DNA from: Nemertoderma westbladi
Lineage: Eukaryota > Animalia > Xenacoelomorpha
Direction: 5' to 3'
Assembly: GCA_032718475.1 (NCBI GenBank)
Contig: JAUCBJ010002774.1
Coordinates: forward strand, 1-64,000
Length of the DNA stretch: 64,000 bases
Position numbers and translations under genes: made by a program. The notes under the pieces are model-generated. The model did not search any database, was not told the origin of the DNA, and saw only the letters and a list, made by a program, of their open reading frames with translations. Each line of letters opens with the position of its first letter. The first letter of the stretch is position 1. This document shows positions 49,196 to 64,000 of this stretch, piece after piece.

Positions 49196-50815
49196 AGACA
49201 AAAAGCAAAAAGAACACTGAATTAATTTCTTCAGTTTCAGTGAGGGACTAAAGTATGATAGCGTATAATAGCTTAATAAATTACCTGTCCGAAATTAGAG
49301 AAAAAAATAATTGATTTATCCTTAAATTTAAGTATATTTAAATTTAAGTAATAATGAAGTAATTTAGTAAACAATTTATATATTAAGTAACACACAATTA
49401 ATTGTAATTATACGTCAAAAATTGTCATTTTTTATTTTTTTTTATTTAACAAATTTTTTATTTAATATATACCATGCTAAAAGAAATGATTAAACTCTGA
49501 AATGTAATTATATTGACTACATAAGTTATTATAAAATGTTATAAAACAAATGCCACATTTATCTACATAACTCAGCTATTTTGTTGGTAGGCTATGATGT
49601 GCCGTTACAGTATGAATTGGTATGTTGAATATTCCAGTGATTACTATGCCTCGGCACGTTCGCGTAACCACCACCTTCTGTCGGGACTCATACTTAGAAT
49701 AATTTATTTAACGAAATTCCCTAAGTTATGCCGACATATGGCAGCATCACAGCAGAAAAAATGCATAATTCTAGGCCTTGTTATTCACTGTATGGCTGTT
49801 TGACTTGACTTTTGCTGCATTTTAAGTACTTGCCATAATACACTACTATAATACAAGTACGCAAAATAAATTGTTGTGTCTCTATATATAAGAACTAAAT
49901 TGTTGTTGTACACCGTATTATTATACCTCCAGTAAATGTGTCTCAGTTTGTTCTGAGTCTCTGGAATAAGCAACCAATGGTTACATTTTCATCCTAAGAA
50001 ATGCCTGTTCCATTGATGATAGCATTCTCATCATCCTTTCCTAAACTTTTCAACCAATGCAATTCCTACAATCTGTCAGGTTATCCATGTAGGTAGAGAT
50101 TGCCATTTGTTACAAAGAGTAGTTATGTATATCATTGCACGATAATTTGCAATCACACACACACGGGTGGTACTGAGCATTCCCTTAAAATTCCATACCG
50201 TTCGCAAATTGAAGTTACAGGTTGGAGAGATATTGGCAAATACTCCAAAATTATATTTACATTGAGGAAATAGTGAATTGATTGGGTGGATTGAAAATTG
50301 TAACTAATTGAAATTGTGAAAAATACGTGCACCCCATTGACGCCTGCCGGCCCTTGTGAAGAATACCAGACCTGGTATTCTTCACATGGGCGCGCCTGCC
50401 TATGCACAGAACAAAAAGTTAGTGCTATTTGTTTTGTCTGCCCCTATTGTGAAATACGCATTATTCGCAAATATGCTTTTCATATTTTGTGAGCTATTTA
50501 TTATTTTATTTGATAAAAGTGTTGGAGTGGATACAGTCTCTTGTATAATTAGTTCAAATAGGGTTCTAATACTGACCTATACCATTTACCTCATATATCC
50601 GCACTATTAAAAATTAAATCACCGCAAATGGTGTCCAAGTTAACGTTGATGGGATGTTATGACAGACCTGTACCACACTTATTTATGTTCGTTCTTGCCG
50701 TCTCATACTCATATCGGTGGATCCCGTATATATATTGTTAAGTTTTTAAAGTAAATACGTTGTCTATATCCATACCATGCATATCTACACCTATATATGG
50801 TTATTTCACTCATAA

Positions 50816-53800
50816 GTGCTGTTTATTTTACCACTATGTACTATTATATTATTTCTCAGTGTTGTTTATTTTACCACTATGTACTATTATATTATTTATC
50901 AGTGTTGTTTATTTTACTCCTATGTACTATTATATTATTTCTCAGTGTTGTTTATTTTACCACTATGTACTATTATATTATTTCTCAGTGTTGTTTATTT
51001 TACTACTATGTACTATTATATTATTTCTCAGTGTTGTTTATTTTACCACTATGTACTATTATATTATTTCTCAGTGTTGTTTATTTTACCACTATGTACT
51101 ATTATATTATTTATCAGTGTTGTTTATTTTACCACTATGTACTATTATATTATTTCTCAGTGTTGTTTATTTTACCACTATATACTATTATATTATTTAT
51201 CAGTGTTGTTTATTTTACCACTATGTACTATTATATTATTTCTCAGTGTTGTTTATTTTACTACTATGTACTATTATATTATTTATCAGTGTTGTTTATT
51301 TTACCACTATGTACTATTATATTATTTCTCAGTGTTGTTTATTTTACCACTATGTACTAGTAGATTATTTCTCAGTGTTGTTTATTTTACCACTATGTAC
51401 TATTATATTATTTCTCAGTGTTGTTTATTTTACTACTATGTACTATTGTATTATTTATCAGTGTTGTTTATTTTACCACTATGTACTATTATATTATTTC
51501 TCAGTGTTGTTTATTTTACCACTATGTACTATTATATTATTTATCAGTGTTGTTTATTTTACCACTATGTACTATTATATTATTTCTCAGTGTTGTTTAT
51601 TTTACCACTATGTACTATTATATTATTTATCAGTGTTGTTTATTTTACCACTATGTACTATTATATTATTTCTCTATTTCTCATTGTTTTTATTTTACGA
51701 CTATGTACTATTATATTATTTCTCAGTGTTGTTTATTTTACTACTATGTACTATTATATTATTTATCAGTGTTGTTTATTTTACTACTATGTACTATTAT
51801 ATTATTTCTCAGTGTTGTTTATTTTACCACTATGTACTATTATATTATTTCTCAGTGTTGTTTATTTTACCACTATGTACTATTATATTATTTATCAGTG
51901 TTGTTTATTTTACCACTATGTACTATTATATTATTTCTCAGTGTTGTTTATTTTACCACTATGTACTATTATATTATTTCTCAGTGTTGTTTATTTTACT
52001 ACTACTATGTACTATTATATTATTTATCAGTGTTGTTTATTTTACCACTATGTACTATTATATTATTTCTCAGTGTTGTTTATTTTACCACTCTGTACTA
52101 TTATATTATTTATCAGTGTTGTTTATTTTACTACTATGTACTATTATATTATTTATCAGTGTTGTTTATTTTACCACTATGTACTATTATATTATTTATC
52201 AGTGTTGTTTATTTTACCACTATGTACTATTATATTATTTATCAGTGTTGTTTATTTTACCACTATGTACTATTATATTATTTATCTATTTCTCAGTGTT
52301 GTTTATTTTACGACTATGTACTATTATATTATTTCTCAGTGTTGTTTATTTTACTACTATGTAGTATTATATTATTTCTCAGTGTTGTTTATTTTACTAC
52401 TATGTACTATTATATTATTTCTCAGTGTTGTTTATTTTACCACTATGTACTATTATATTATTTCTCAGTGTTGTTTATTTTACCACTATGTACTATTATA
52501 TTATTTCTCAGTGTTGTTTATTTTACCACTATGTACTATTATATTATTTCTCAGTGTTGTTTATTTTACTACTATGTACTATTATATTATTTCTCAGTGT
52601 TGTTTATTTTACCACTATGTACTATTATATTATTTATCAGTGTTGTTTATTTTACCACTATGTACTATTATATTATTTCTCAGTGTTGTTTATTTTACCA
52701 CTATGTACTATTATATTATTTATCAGTGTTGTTTATTTTACCACTATGTACTATTATATTATTTCTCAGTGTTGTTTATTTTACTACTATGTACTATTAT
52801 ATTATTTCTCAGTGTTGTTTATTTTACCACTATGTACTATTATATTATTTATCAGTGTTGTTTATTTTACCACTATGTACTATTATATTATTTCTCAGTG
52901 TTGTTTATTTTACCACTATGTACTATTATATTATTTATCAGTGTTGTTTATTTTACCACTATGTACTATTATATTATTTATCAGTGTTGTTTATTTTACC
53001 ACTATGTACTATTATATTATTTCTCAGTGTTGTTTATTTTACCACTATGTACTATTATATTATTTATCAGTGTTGTTTATTTTACCACTATGTACTATTA
53101 TATTATTTCTCAGTGTTGTTTATTTTACCACTATGTACTATTATATTATTTCTCAGTGTTGTTTATTTTACTACTATGTACTATTATATTATTTCTCAGT
53201 GTTGTTTATTTTACCACTATGTACTATTATATTATTTATCAGTGTTGTTTATTTTACCACTATGTACCATTATATTATTTCTCAGTGTTGTTTATTTTAC
53301 TACTATGTACTATTAGATTATTTCTCAGTGTTGTTTATTTTACCACTATGTACCATTATATTATTTCACAGTGTTGTTTATTTTACCACTATGTACTATT
53401 ATATTATTTCTCAGTGTTGTTTATTTTACCAAATGTACTATTAGATTATTTCTCAGTGTTGTTTATTTTACCACTATGTACTATTATATTATTTCTCAGT
53501 GTTGTTTATTTTACCACTATGTACTATTATATTATTTCTCAGTGTTGTTTATTTTACCACTATGTACTATTATATTATTTCTCAGTGTTGTTTATTTTAC
53601 CACTATGTACTATTATATTATTTATCAGTGTTGTTTATTTTACCACTATGTACTATTATATTATTTCTCAGTGTTGTTTATTTTACCACTATGTACTATT
53701 ATATTATTTCTCAGTGTTGTTTATTTTACCACTATGTACTATTATATTATTTCTCAGTGTTGTTTATTTTACCACTATGTACTATTATATTATTTCTCAG

Positions 53801-55625
53801 TGTTGTTTATTTTACCACTATGTACTATTATATTATTTCTCAGTGTTGTTTATTTTACCACTATGTACTATTATATTATTTATCAGTGTTGTTTATTTTA
53901 CCACTATGTACTATTATATTATTTATCAGTGTTGTTTATTTTACCACTATGTACTATTAGATTATTTCTCAGTGTTGTTTATTTTACCACTATGTACTAT
54001 TATATTATTTCTCAGTGTTGTTTATTTTACCACTATGTACTATTATATTATTTCTCAGTGTTGTTTATTTTACCACTATGTACTATTATATTATTTATCA
54101 GTGTTGTTTATTTTACCACTATGTACTATTATATTATTTCTCAGTGTTGTTTATTTTACCACTATGTACTATTATATTATTTATCAGTGTTGTTTATTTT
54201 ACCACTATGTACTATTATATTATTTCTCAGTGTTGTTTATTTTACTACTATGTACTATTATATTATTTCTCAGTGTTGTTTATTTTACCACTATGTACTA
54301 TTATATTATTTCTCAGTGTTGTTTATTTTACTACTATGTACTATTATATTATTTCTCAGTGTTGTTTATTTTACCACTATGTACCATTATATTATTTCTC
54401 AGTGTTGTTTATTTTACTACTATGTACTATTATATTATTTCTCAGTGTTGTTTATTTTACCACTATGTACCATTATATTATTTCTCAGTGTTGTTTATTT
54501 TACTACTATGTACTATTAGATTATTTCTCAGTGTTGTTTATTTTACCACTATGTACTATTATATTATTTCTCAGTGTTGTTTATTTTACTACTATGTACT
54601 ATTATATTATTTCTCAGTGTTGTTTATTTTACCACTATGTACTATTATATTATTTCTCAGTGTTGTTTATTTTACCACTATGTACCATTATATTATTTCT
54701 CAGTGTTGTTTATTTTACTACTATGTACTATTAGATTATTTCTCAGTGTTGTTTATTTTACTACTATGTACTATTATATTATTTATCAGTGTTGTTTATT
54801 TTACTACTATGTACTATTAGATTATTTCTCAGTGTTGTTTATTTTACCACTATGTACTATTATATTATTTATCAGTGTTGTTTATTTTACTACTATGTAC
54901 TATTATATTATTTCTCAGTGTTGTTTATTTTACTACTATGTATTATTATATTATTTCTCAGTGTTGTTTATTTTACTACTATGTACTATTATATTATTTC
55001 TCAGTGTTGTTTATTTTACTACTATGTACTATTATATTATTTATCAGTGTTGTTTATTTTACCACTATGTACTATTATATTATTTCTCAGTGTTGTTTAT
55101 TTTACTACTATGTACTATTATATTATTTATCAGTGTTGTTTATTTTACTCCTATGTACTATTATATTATTTCTCAGTGTTGTTTATTTTACTACTATGTA
55201 CTATTATATTATTTCTCAGTGTTGTTTATTTTACTACTATGTACTATTATATTATTTCTCAGTGTTGTTTATTTTACCACTATGTACTATTAGATTATTT
55301 CTCAGTGTTGTTTATTTTACTACTATGTACTATTATATTATTTCTCAGTGTTGTTTATTTTACCACTATGTACTATTAGATTATTTCTCAGTGTTGTTTA
55401 TTTTACTACTATGTACTATTATATTATTTCTCAGTGTTGTTTATTTTACCACTATGTACTATTAGATTATTTCTCAGTGTTGTTTATTTTACTACTATGT
55501 ACTATTATATTATTTCTCAGTGTTGTTTATTTTACCACTATGTACTATTATATTATTTCTCAGTGTTGTTTATTTTACTACTATGTATGATTATTTTATT
55601 CGTCAGTGTTGTTTATGTTACTGCT
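50816..55625. repeat. 43-bp AT-rich satellite (TCAGTGTTGTTTATTTTACCACTATGTACTATTATATTATTTC)n
   Basis: About 110 highly homogeneous units; source of the spurious hydrophobic ORFs in the track. Confidence 0.96.
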
Positions 55626-57689
55626 ACGGTAATATAATATCGGCTTAACTGAGCGGCCTCTTCGAAACGAAATGAATAACGTGTTGGGTGGTTTCAAATT
55701 ATATATCTGTAACAATTATCTATTATTGTGCATCGCCATATATTTTGCTACCATTCACAATTTAACCTTATAATTATTACTTTTTTACGGCTATATATCT
55801 GTTTTTATTCGTGCTGTGCACTTTTTACTTCATAATTATATCAATTTAATTCAATTATAGATACAATGAATGAAAATCAGAGTATTTAATATTTTATAAA
55901 TAATTATTACCTTATAAATTTCAACTGTCGTGTCACACCTAGTGACACTCTTTAGACGTTAGTGTTACACAATTGTACAATGGGAACTTTGCTTCTACTG
56001 GGGGAGTAAAATAAGGGTTGGTTTTGTTTTTGCTACGGAGTTTTCAGCCTGCCCGCCTTTCATGCAACAGCCAAGAGAGAGGCGCCTTCGGTTTGACTCC
56101 GCTCTTTCTTGGTTCAGTTTCATTGTTAACTTTACCTAACTTAAACTCTAAAAAGCACAAAAATTCCTCATTACCTAATAATACATTTATTTTATTAATG
56201 GATTTGGTGGCGTGTGATCTTGGTTATTTTGAAGCAATCATGTTATTAATATCAAAGGCATGTGAATGTATATTATGTACGCTCAACTGCATCATGATTT
56301 ACGAAATCTATGCGGTTTACGATTTAAAACGGTTGCTTGTCAATGCAAGTAGGGAAATTCCCTTTGATGCAAAAACAGCTGAGAATACTATTTAGGTTTA
56401 GGTCGGCTTATTTGGCGGATGGAGGGAGTTAGCTTTGGCACAGTCCAGGCTGAGCTGAATTACTTGCAGATTTGCAAACACCTGTTTTTTGCACCTAATC
56501 TTTGCCTATTGTAACATAATGAATATAATCCCATTTAGTTTCAGCCACTTTGAATTTCTATTTATCTTTTTGTTTCTATTTATCTTTTTATTATTTATCT
56601 CATATGATCGAGTTGACAACTGGTCAAGATTCGAGCGCGGACCTTCAAGTTCTCAACTGAAATATCGAATTTCGTAGTCCTGGGCCTTAATCACATCAGT
56701 GCGATCATCGGAGTACTGAAGGGGCGCTTCGTGTAGCAGTATTGATTTCTCCCAAAAATATATCTGTAACCTAATCTATTGACTTTTGTTTATTGTTTTG
56801 TTTGGAATAACTTGCCACTGAAACCTCCGCCTTCCCTTAACTGCTAATTACACATTGTGACGAGATATTAATTGACCGATATGGGATTCCCCCCCCCCCC
56901 CCCTCCCCCCCTTCTCCCTCCAGGAAGGGACTCCTGATCCAAAGAAAATTGAACCTCCCATTTATGTTACCTCAAGGGGAAAGCGGTTCATTTTTTTGAA
57001 TCCTTTAATTTATAATTGTGGGTGGATTACCAATGTGAGATTTGGTGGGTCATTACCGCCCAATCCTCCTATCTCTACTCCTCATACTCGTGCCTCTCCC
57101 ACCCCCTGACCGGGGAGGGGAGGGGGGGGGGGGGGGGGGGTCACGAATAGGCCAACCAATACACCCAAAACCGGAAAATAAATGTCACCTGCAATAAAAT
57201 AAAAATTATTAATACCATATTTCATGTCAAAGTTCTGTAATTAGCCGACATTTTTTATGTCCCTGTACTTTACGCCAATTTTTATTGTGACAAACATGTT
57301 TATTGATACCAATGCAGTTAATGGAAAGAAATCTCATTATGTCCGCCGGAGCGATGCGAGATTAGATCCGACAGTTTCGGATTGTCCTTTCTCTTACTAA
57401 TCTTTGCAACAGTGAATCCGGGTTGTCAGATTTTAATTGTGAGATCTCAACACAACCGCGGTAACAATAAAATCCTCCCCCCGCCGCCACTTTAGTTCGG
57501 TTACACCGCCTAACATAAATATATTTGATAAGTAACAACCTCATGAATCTGACATTTTTAAGCTGACTGAATCGCTCATTTATATAGCCAACCAACCATG
57601 CTCGGAAGTTATTTTATAATTAAACATCTGAAATTCTTTCATTTGCACCGATACTGTAGTTGAGTTGAGGGTTTGTTGATGGCATGTTG

Positions 57690-57873
57690 GACTTTCGAGG
57701 ATTTGGAAGTCACACAGGATTCATCGGAAATTTAAGAATCATCGGAAACTTAAGGTCCGATTATTTAGAGCAGCAGTAGTTCCAGTACTCCTCTATGGGA
57801 GTCCATGCTTGGCTTTAACTGCTGAGGACACCAAATCTCTGGATAGCACATTCACAAGAATGACAAGCCGGCA
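57690..57873 (+). mobile_element. Short, internally deleted fragment of the same RTE-like LINE
   Basis: ATCGGAAACTTAAGGTCCGATTATTTAGAGCAGCAGTAGTTCCAGTACTCC...ACAAGAATG joined directly to ACAAGCCGGCA from the element's 3' end. Confidence 0.8.
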
Positions 57874-57959
57874 TTTAATGGTGGTTACAAAATGATTTTT
57901 TTGTTAAACCGGCATAGCATCTCAATGTGCCGTTTCTATGCAGCACGCGGATTATAGTG

Positions 57960-58380
57960 GATAAGTATGGCGAGCCACAAATTCTAGGTGAATCTTGGCA
58001 TAGCGCTGTAATTAATGGATGTCGTCGTTGGAAATGTTTGAACGCCAATAAGTCGGTCAATATTTGATGAAATTGAACCAAACTTGGTACAAGTGGTCAA
58101 AAGCTTTAAATTCTACACACGGATAGACTTCTATAGTCCCTTTGTCGGCCGCTAGGGGGCGAATGACCAGTGGAAAAACCTGCAGGGGAAACACATTATT
58201 TCTAACTCTATAAGGTCTCTTGATATGGGGGGTGGTGGGCAAGGTTCCTTTATTACTATTAACCTTTAATAATATTAGTACTATAGGTTGCCTTGGGGGG
58301 GGGGGGGGGGGGGGACCCGCTTGGCCGCCTGAACCAATACTATATGTTTCTGGGCGTGGTGTATGAATTAAAGTTGAAAA
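57960..58380 (+). mobile_element. Helentron/HINE-like fragment
   Basis: GGCGAGCCAC end motif, TTGATGAAATTGAACCAAACTTGGTACA (similar at ~2322-2350), and GCCGCTAGGGGGCG. Confidence 0.45.
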
Positions 58381-59250
58381 GGCGATTGTGAACCAACAGT
58401 ATTTATAATTATTTTACAAGATTGTTGCGATTCAGTTGTTCCGAAATTAGATTTGTTAATCCCTCTCACTCAATCGATATCTCCTTGTCATTTATTTACC
58501 AATTATCTGATTGTTCGCAAAATTGTTGCGAAATTGAATGTAATAATAACAAATTCTAGTATAGTCCTCATTAGTTTACAAATCGAGTGACAATGTCATA
58601 CCGGGCCTTGCAACATATCTCAGGTTGTCATTAGGTGTAGGATTACCGCACAAACTAATGTCTAATCATCGCAGTTTGCCTTCGGACTTCCTGCCCCGTA
58701 TATGAGACTCACACGCAGAGTTTCCCTTATCCCAACACACAACAACTAATCCTTCTCAAGTACAATACGCTTAGCCTAACCCCAACACGCTACATCCCCG
58801 GGGATATACAAGTCGAGATTACGTTTTTAACATTTTTCCATCATCGGCCATCTAACATTAATACTTGCCTTTTTCATGTATATCATATCCGTTTTACAAT
58901 GTTATTCTTTCATTATATGTAAAAATCTATGCATAATATTTGTTTCATCGAACTCAGGTCATTATAACTCAGATCTAATTGTTTGTTCGTCTTCTTCTGT
59001 GTGGATATATGGCATCCCCAAGTAGTTTGTATCAGCAGTATAGTTGCATCCATACGAATCAAGCAAGCTATCTCGTAAACTGCAGTTCCATATCATCCAA
59101 TTAATTTACATTCGAATAGCAGTTTAAATAAGAGAGGAAGTTGTCCTAATTGTCCTAACTAGTGACCGACCTAAAGTACCTGTTTTCTGGAAGGTATTTG
59201 TGTGGCTTTGCGCGTGCTCCGTATCTATCTTGGGAACTAACATCCGTTGT

Positions 59251-59800
59251 TTACTACTACTACTAGTAATATGTCCAACCAGCTTGGACAGTGCTTACGA
59301 GATTCTTCCAGGCTTCCCGATTCTCCATAGTTGTCGCAATTTCGTTTCTCTCAAGTTCAGTATCCCTTTCAAGTTGATCTATATATGTTATGGCCGGTCG
59401 TCCACGACTACGCTTTCCATGAGTTGGTTGCCAGAAAAGTAGATCTGGTATGACCTCGTCTTTACTTCGCCAGCAGTGCCCACTGAATCTTAATCTGCGT
59501 TCACGGAGGGTGGTTGATACAGGCGGTATTGTACCATAAAGCTCGGCGTTTGTCACGTGTTGTCTCCAGCTGATGTTTAGAACTGCCCGTAGTAAGTAGT
59601 CTTGTGTAGCAACCATCAATTCGGTGTTCAAGTGATTTCGTCAGTGCCCAAGCCTCACTCCCGTAGCACACTTGCCACTGTAGCTCGAAAGAGCTCTGAT
59701 TTTCGAATGGCATCCTTTTTTGATATAGTCCTACCCATGCCTTTGTTTTCCTAACTTCAATATTTTTCTGCCGCTCTCTATCCTACACCCAAAGTAAGTG
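59251..59800 (-). mobile_element. Degenerate 3' end of a second RTE-like LINE family
   Basis: YGSEAWALTKSLEHRIDGCYTR / LRAVLNISWRQHVTNAELYG...RRLRFSGHCWR...WQPTHGKRSRGRP, with frameshifts. (TAG)n tail at 59251-59265. Confidence 0.8.
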
Positions 59801-61739
59801 ATGAAGTGAATTTAGGACTAACAGCTTTAACGCGCCCCTTAACACAACTTTTCCGACCACCAGATACCTAATTTACAGTTTGCCAGGTAAGTCTCGACTA
59901 TTGCCGTATGTGAGGAGATGTAATTATTTAAATTTTGCCATCTATGTACTTCTCCTTGTCGGTGTTGTAAGCCTCTACTTTGTAGGCGGTCTTATGATCT
60001 TCGATCTTACAAGTAACATCAGTGTTCTACGTTATGGGATTGTTTTTTTGCAAATAATAGTTCTGTCATACTTTTTTTCCACCTTTCGCGCATGGATTTT
60101 ATAGTTTCTGACACCTAATTTCTGCCCAAACTTTTAATTTTTAACTTAACATGTAGCTTGGAAGATAATTAATAATTATTTTCAATTGTTTTAATATTAA
60201 ATCCACGAAAGTAAAAACAGGACTAACCCCAGCACCAGTTTTCACACCCCGTGAGAACAAACACCCCGTGTGGACTTTCTTTGAGAAAATTATGCATGAA
60301 GAAATTAGCTTCTAATTTCCAATGTTAAAAAAAAGTTCGACCCTTTGGCAGGGGGAGGGGGGGGGGGGATTTACTGTTGATATTCTGCACTAAATTCACT
60401 TGTAGCTCAAGTTACAAAAAATAGTATATATCTACATTGAGTTTCATTATTTGAATACTTCCTGTCCGCACCCTCCAGGGACCACGTCCTCCCACACTTT
60501 ACTTTCTTACTTAGGATTATCTTACCGCTAGTTCGAGTTGTGAGTATGGAGTTAACCCTTAGGTAAGGGAGGGCAAGGCGTTTCGCACTGCTTCACATTC
60601 AAGTTTATGTTTATCAACTAGAAGCTGAGGCACTCGTTTATTCGTAATTTGGGTAAAGTTTGTTGGGAGTGGATGAATTACATTATTAATCTCATGTATT
60701 TTGTATTGAGATTGTCAACAACTGCACTTCATCGCAGAAATCGTATTTATTGGTCAATTTTAAAGTGAAAAATAAATATTTGTTTTTTATTGCATCTAGA
60801 GCAATAAGAGTTTTTTACCCAAAAAACACTACTTCTGCGACATTTTTAACCGTTTTTTTTTTGTTATTTTTGCTTTATATGAAAGGTAATTTCATAAGCT
60901 TTTATAAATTTCGGATTGTTTTATTGATTTCATAATATTTCCCCATTTTTTTTATAGAATAAAATAGAAAAAAGTTTCGATTTTTTCATATTGTTGGCCA
61001 AATTATCAGATAAAAATACAAAAGGTGGCCGTAAATATTATGAAAATGAACAAGCTGGGTCCAAAAATAATGTCGAAAAATGGAAATGGAAAGTAAGGGG
61101 AGTATTGTTCTCAGTAACATTTTTAAAATCTCACGCAGGCCGCTAAGTGGCGCTATAAAAATTGTTTTACATCTTATGATGTTCTTTTTGGTGGTATATC
61201 GTTTTCTATGCATTTTTCATCCACATTGGGGAAATACTTTAAATACAAAAAATAATACTCTATATTCAATAGAGAAATAATATGATTTTTAACGATTAAA
61301 CACAATTGAAAGTTTTCATATCTGCAGAACTTGAATCCTTTACAAAGTAACTGAACAATCCCGGTGTCTTGGTTTCCCCAAAAAATTACTATTAATGTAT
61401 TTAAGACGAAAATAGGGAAATAGCAAAAACTTTAAATTACTTTAAATTTATAAAACCTATGGATTTTAAAAGGAATAAAAATATGATTACAAAAAAATAT
61501 TATAGAACTTTTACACTTTTATTGCTTAAAGAACAAAAATTTCGTATGTGAGATTTGATATTTTATATCGCTTTACGAAACTAGAAATTGGATGAAATTT
61601 TTAATAGATAGTAAATAATATGTATTATATTATATGATCTCTTTTGTTATTACATTCGTCGATACTTGAATCGAAAGAGCATTGAAGTGAAACCGTTTGG
61701 GGAAAAATCAACCACGCATTCAAAAAAGAACTATCTATC

Positions 61740-62836
61740 TGTCATATTCTACAGACACCTGCCTTATTAACTTAACTGATACAATTAGATGTAATAACGC
61801 AAAGGGTTTATATACTGGTATGGTAATGTTGGACCTACAAAAGGCTTTCGATACTGTAGATCACGAAATTCTGCTTGGTAAGTTAGGCCTGATGGGTGTA
61901 GGTTCTATAGACTGGTTCAAGTCCTACCTGTCAGACAGAGGTCAAACTGTAGTCATTAGCAAATCGCTGTCTACTGTACAAGAGATTACCTGTGGTGTCC
62001 CGCAAGGTAGTATATTAGGTCCTCTGCTTTTTGTATGCTATGTAAATGATATGATAAGTAGTATAGATCCCGATTTTAAACTCATTTTATATGCCGACGA
62101 CAGTGCTCTTATTTTCTCTCATAAAGATCCTATCCATATTTCCCAAAAGTTAAGTGCAGTTCTAGAATCCTGTAATGAGTGGTTGGTTGATAATAAGCTA
62201 TCCATTCACTACGGTAAAACTGAAAGTATTTTGTTTGGTTCCAAAAGAAAGTTAAAGAAGGTAACTAAGTTTGAAGTCACTAGTAATGGACATAAGATTG
62301 AAAATAAAAAGGAAGTTAAATATTTAGGCGCCACATTGGATAACTGCTTATCAGGAGAAAGTACAGTGAAAAATATTTTCTCGAAAGTTAACAGTAGGCT
62401 TAGGTTTCTATACAGAAATAAAAATAGTTTGAACACCGACTCCCGCAAGTTACTTTGCTCTTCTTTAATACAGTGTCACATGGACTATGCGTGCTCTTCC
62501 TGGTATGAAGGCTTAACCAAACAGCTTAAATGTAAATTACAAGTAGCTCAGAATAAAGTAGTACGATTTATTAAAGACTACAAACCTAGGCACCACCTAA
62601 CTCCAGATGACTTTTCTGAATCTGGACTACTTAACTTAGATAGTAGAGTTAAGCAGCTACGCCTTAACCATGTGCATAAAGTGTATAATGGTAAATGTCC
62701 CAATTACCTAAAACAAAAATTCAACAGAGTACGCGATACACACTCTTACACGTTCGTGGGGACTTCGCGCAGCACGAGGCCTAGTTATTATATACAAATT
62801 AAAATGCAGCGACTGTATCACAAAATCAGGTTTTGA
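61740..62836 (+). mobile_element. 5'-truncated CR1/L2-group (Crack-like) LINE reverse transcriptase
   Basis: [61 protein letters not shown] and KLQVAQNK in ORF 61697-62836. Confidence 0.88.
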
Positions 62837-64000
62837 GAAATTTACCCACACCACCAATCAATCAAAGAAAGGTGGACAGTACGTGTTCACCCCTTTTAAT
62901 CTCCCCCCCCCCCCCCCCACCCTTCCCAACCACCAATACATAACCGCGACATCTACCACCCACGGAAGGGTAGCACGAACTTATTTCCAATCGCACGTTA
63001 AATATGCAAAGCCAGGTGGTTTATAGGAATATAATAAACGCAGTACTCGTTTTCATTATAAGCCTCTTTGCGTTCGTCCTGTTTTGTATTTAAATATATT
63101 TCTTAAACGCAAGCTAGGACGATCTTTATAATAATAATAACTAGGGATGCGATCAATATGTGAAGCCAGGTGGTTTATATAATAATTTAGTCAACGCAGT
63201 ACTCGTCTTCATTATATGCCTCGTTGCGCTCGTCGCTTGTCCTGTTTTGTCATAAAATATTTTTCCTAAACGCAGACTGACGATCTTTATACAGTTATAA
63301 CTATGCGAAGTTTCGAAACTGTGCGAGTAACTGTTGATACATCTATGTGGAGATGTGTGATATGTGGAGATGTGTGATACAACGCCAACGCATCTTATGC
63401 CGATGTAGTAATATGGGTATTGAAATAATATTAAATCAATGTACACTCTTAAAGCTGCAGCGAAAAAATGTAGCTAATTTCCTAGGTTACATATAAAATA
63501 ATAATATTATTTTTAAGAACATTAATTTTACTACTTTGCAAAAATTCAATTAAAAAATAACCAGACATATACATTGTGGAATAAACTATTTCAGAAGCCT
63601 ACAACAGCCATGCCATGGATTGTATTTATGTTATTATATCTGTCATTTAACTGAGATAGCAATAGTAGTAATAGTCGAACGGTTATGCGGCCCGTCCAGC
63701 CTATAATAAACACAATTCAGTGATTGGGCTGGAATAGCAATACTGGTTGCCTCTATTACAATTCCTCTCAGGTTAGTCTACAGCCACAACTCCCAGCAGC
63801 TAGCTCCACACCAGCAGAGACTTGACCAATAATGGGAAGGATTAAATTTGTACTCAATAATTGTGCGGTTTAATTACGTTTAGATCAATTAAAGACACAT
63901 TTATTAAAGCAAATCACTTAAACTAATTAAAAACTATAATAGAATGGCGTATGGGGATTATATCTGTATAATTTTTAAGTATAATTATTTAAATCTTATA

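Noticed and set aside
50760-55637. 1334-aa and other hydrophobic ORFs
   Set aside because: Artefacts of the 43-bp satellite; the same peptide cycles through all frames.
63009-63291. Imperfect ~125-bp direct duplication
   Set aside because: Looks like an ordinary degenerate repeat-element fragment, with no adjacent exon or other signal.

Overview
AT-rich, repeat-dense animal (probably invertebrate) genomic DNA; this is not a prokaryotic window. It contains an intronless galactose-3-O-sulfotransferase-like gene (5517-6719 +), the first six coding exons of splicing factor SF3B3 (9363-37537 +, about 307 codons; the rest of the gene was not found), and a two-exon Ly6/uPAR-like GPI-protein gene on the minus strand (43336-38328). 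It also holds an apparently intact CRE-clade retrotransposon, RTE-like and CR1/L2-like LINE pieces, a BEL/Pao gag relic, several MITE/foldback and Helentron-like elements, and six tandem arrays. Main observation: three large satellites with unrelated 16-, 47- and 32-bp units, plus one two-copy 31-bp duplication, each begin exactly at an exon/intron junction. Each unit is a copy of the exon 3' end plus its 5' splice site, so the pre-mRNAs carry roughly 130-245 tandem donor-like sites right behind the real donor. Two of these arrays have also taken up retrotransposons with clear target-site duplications.
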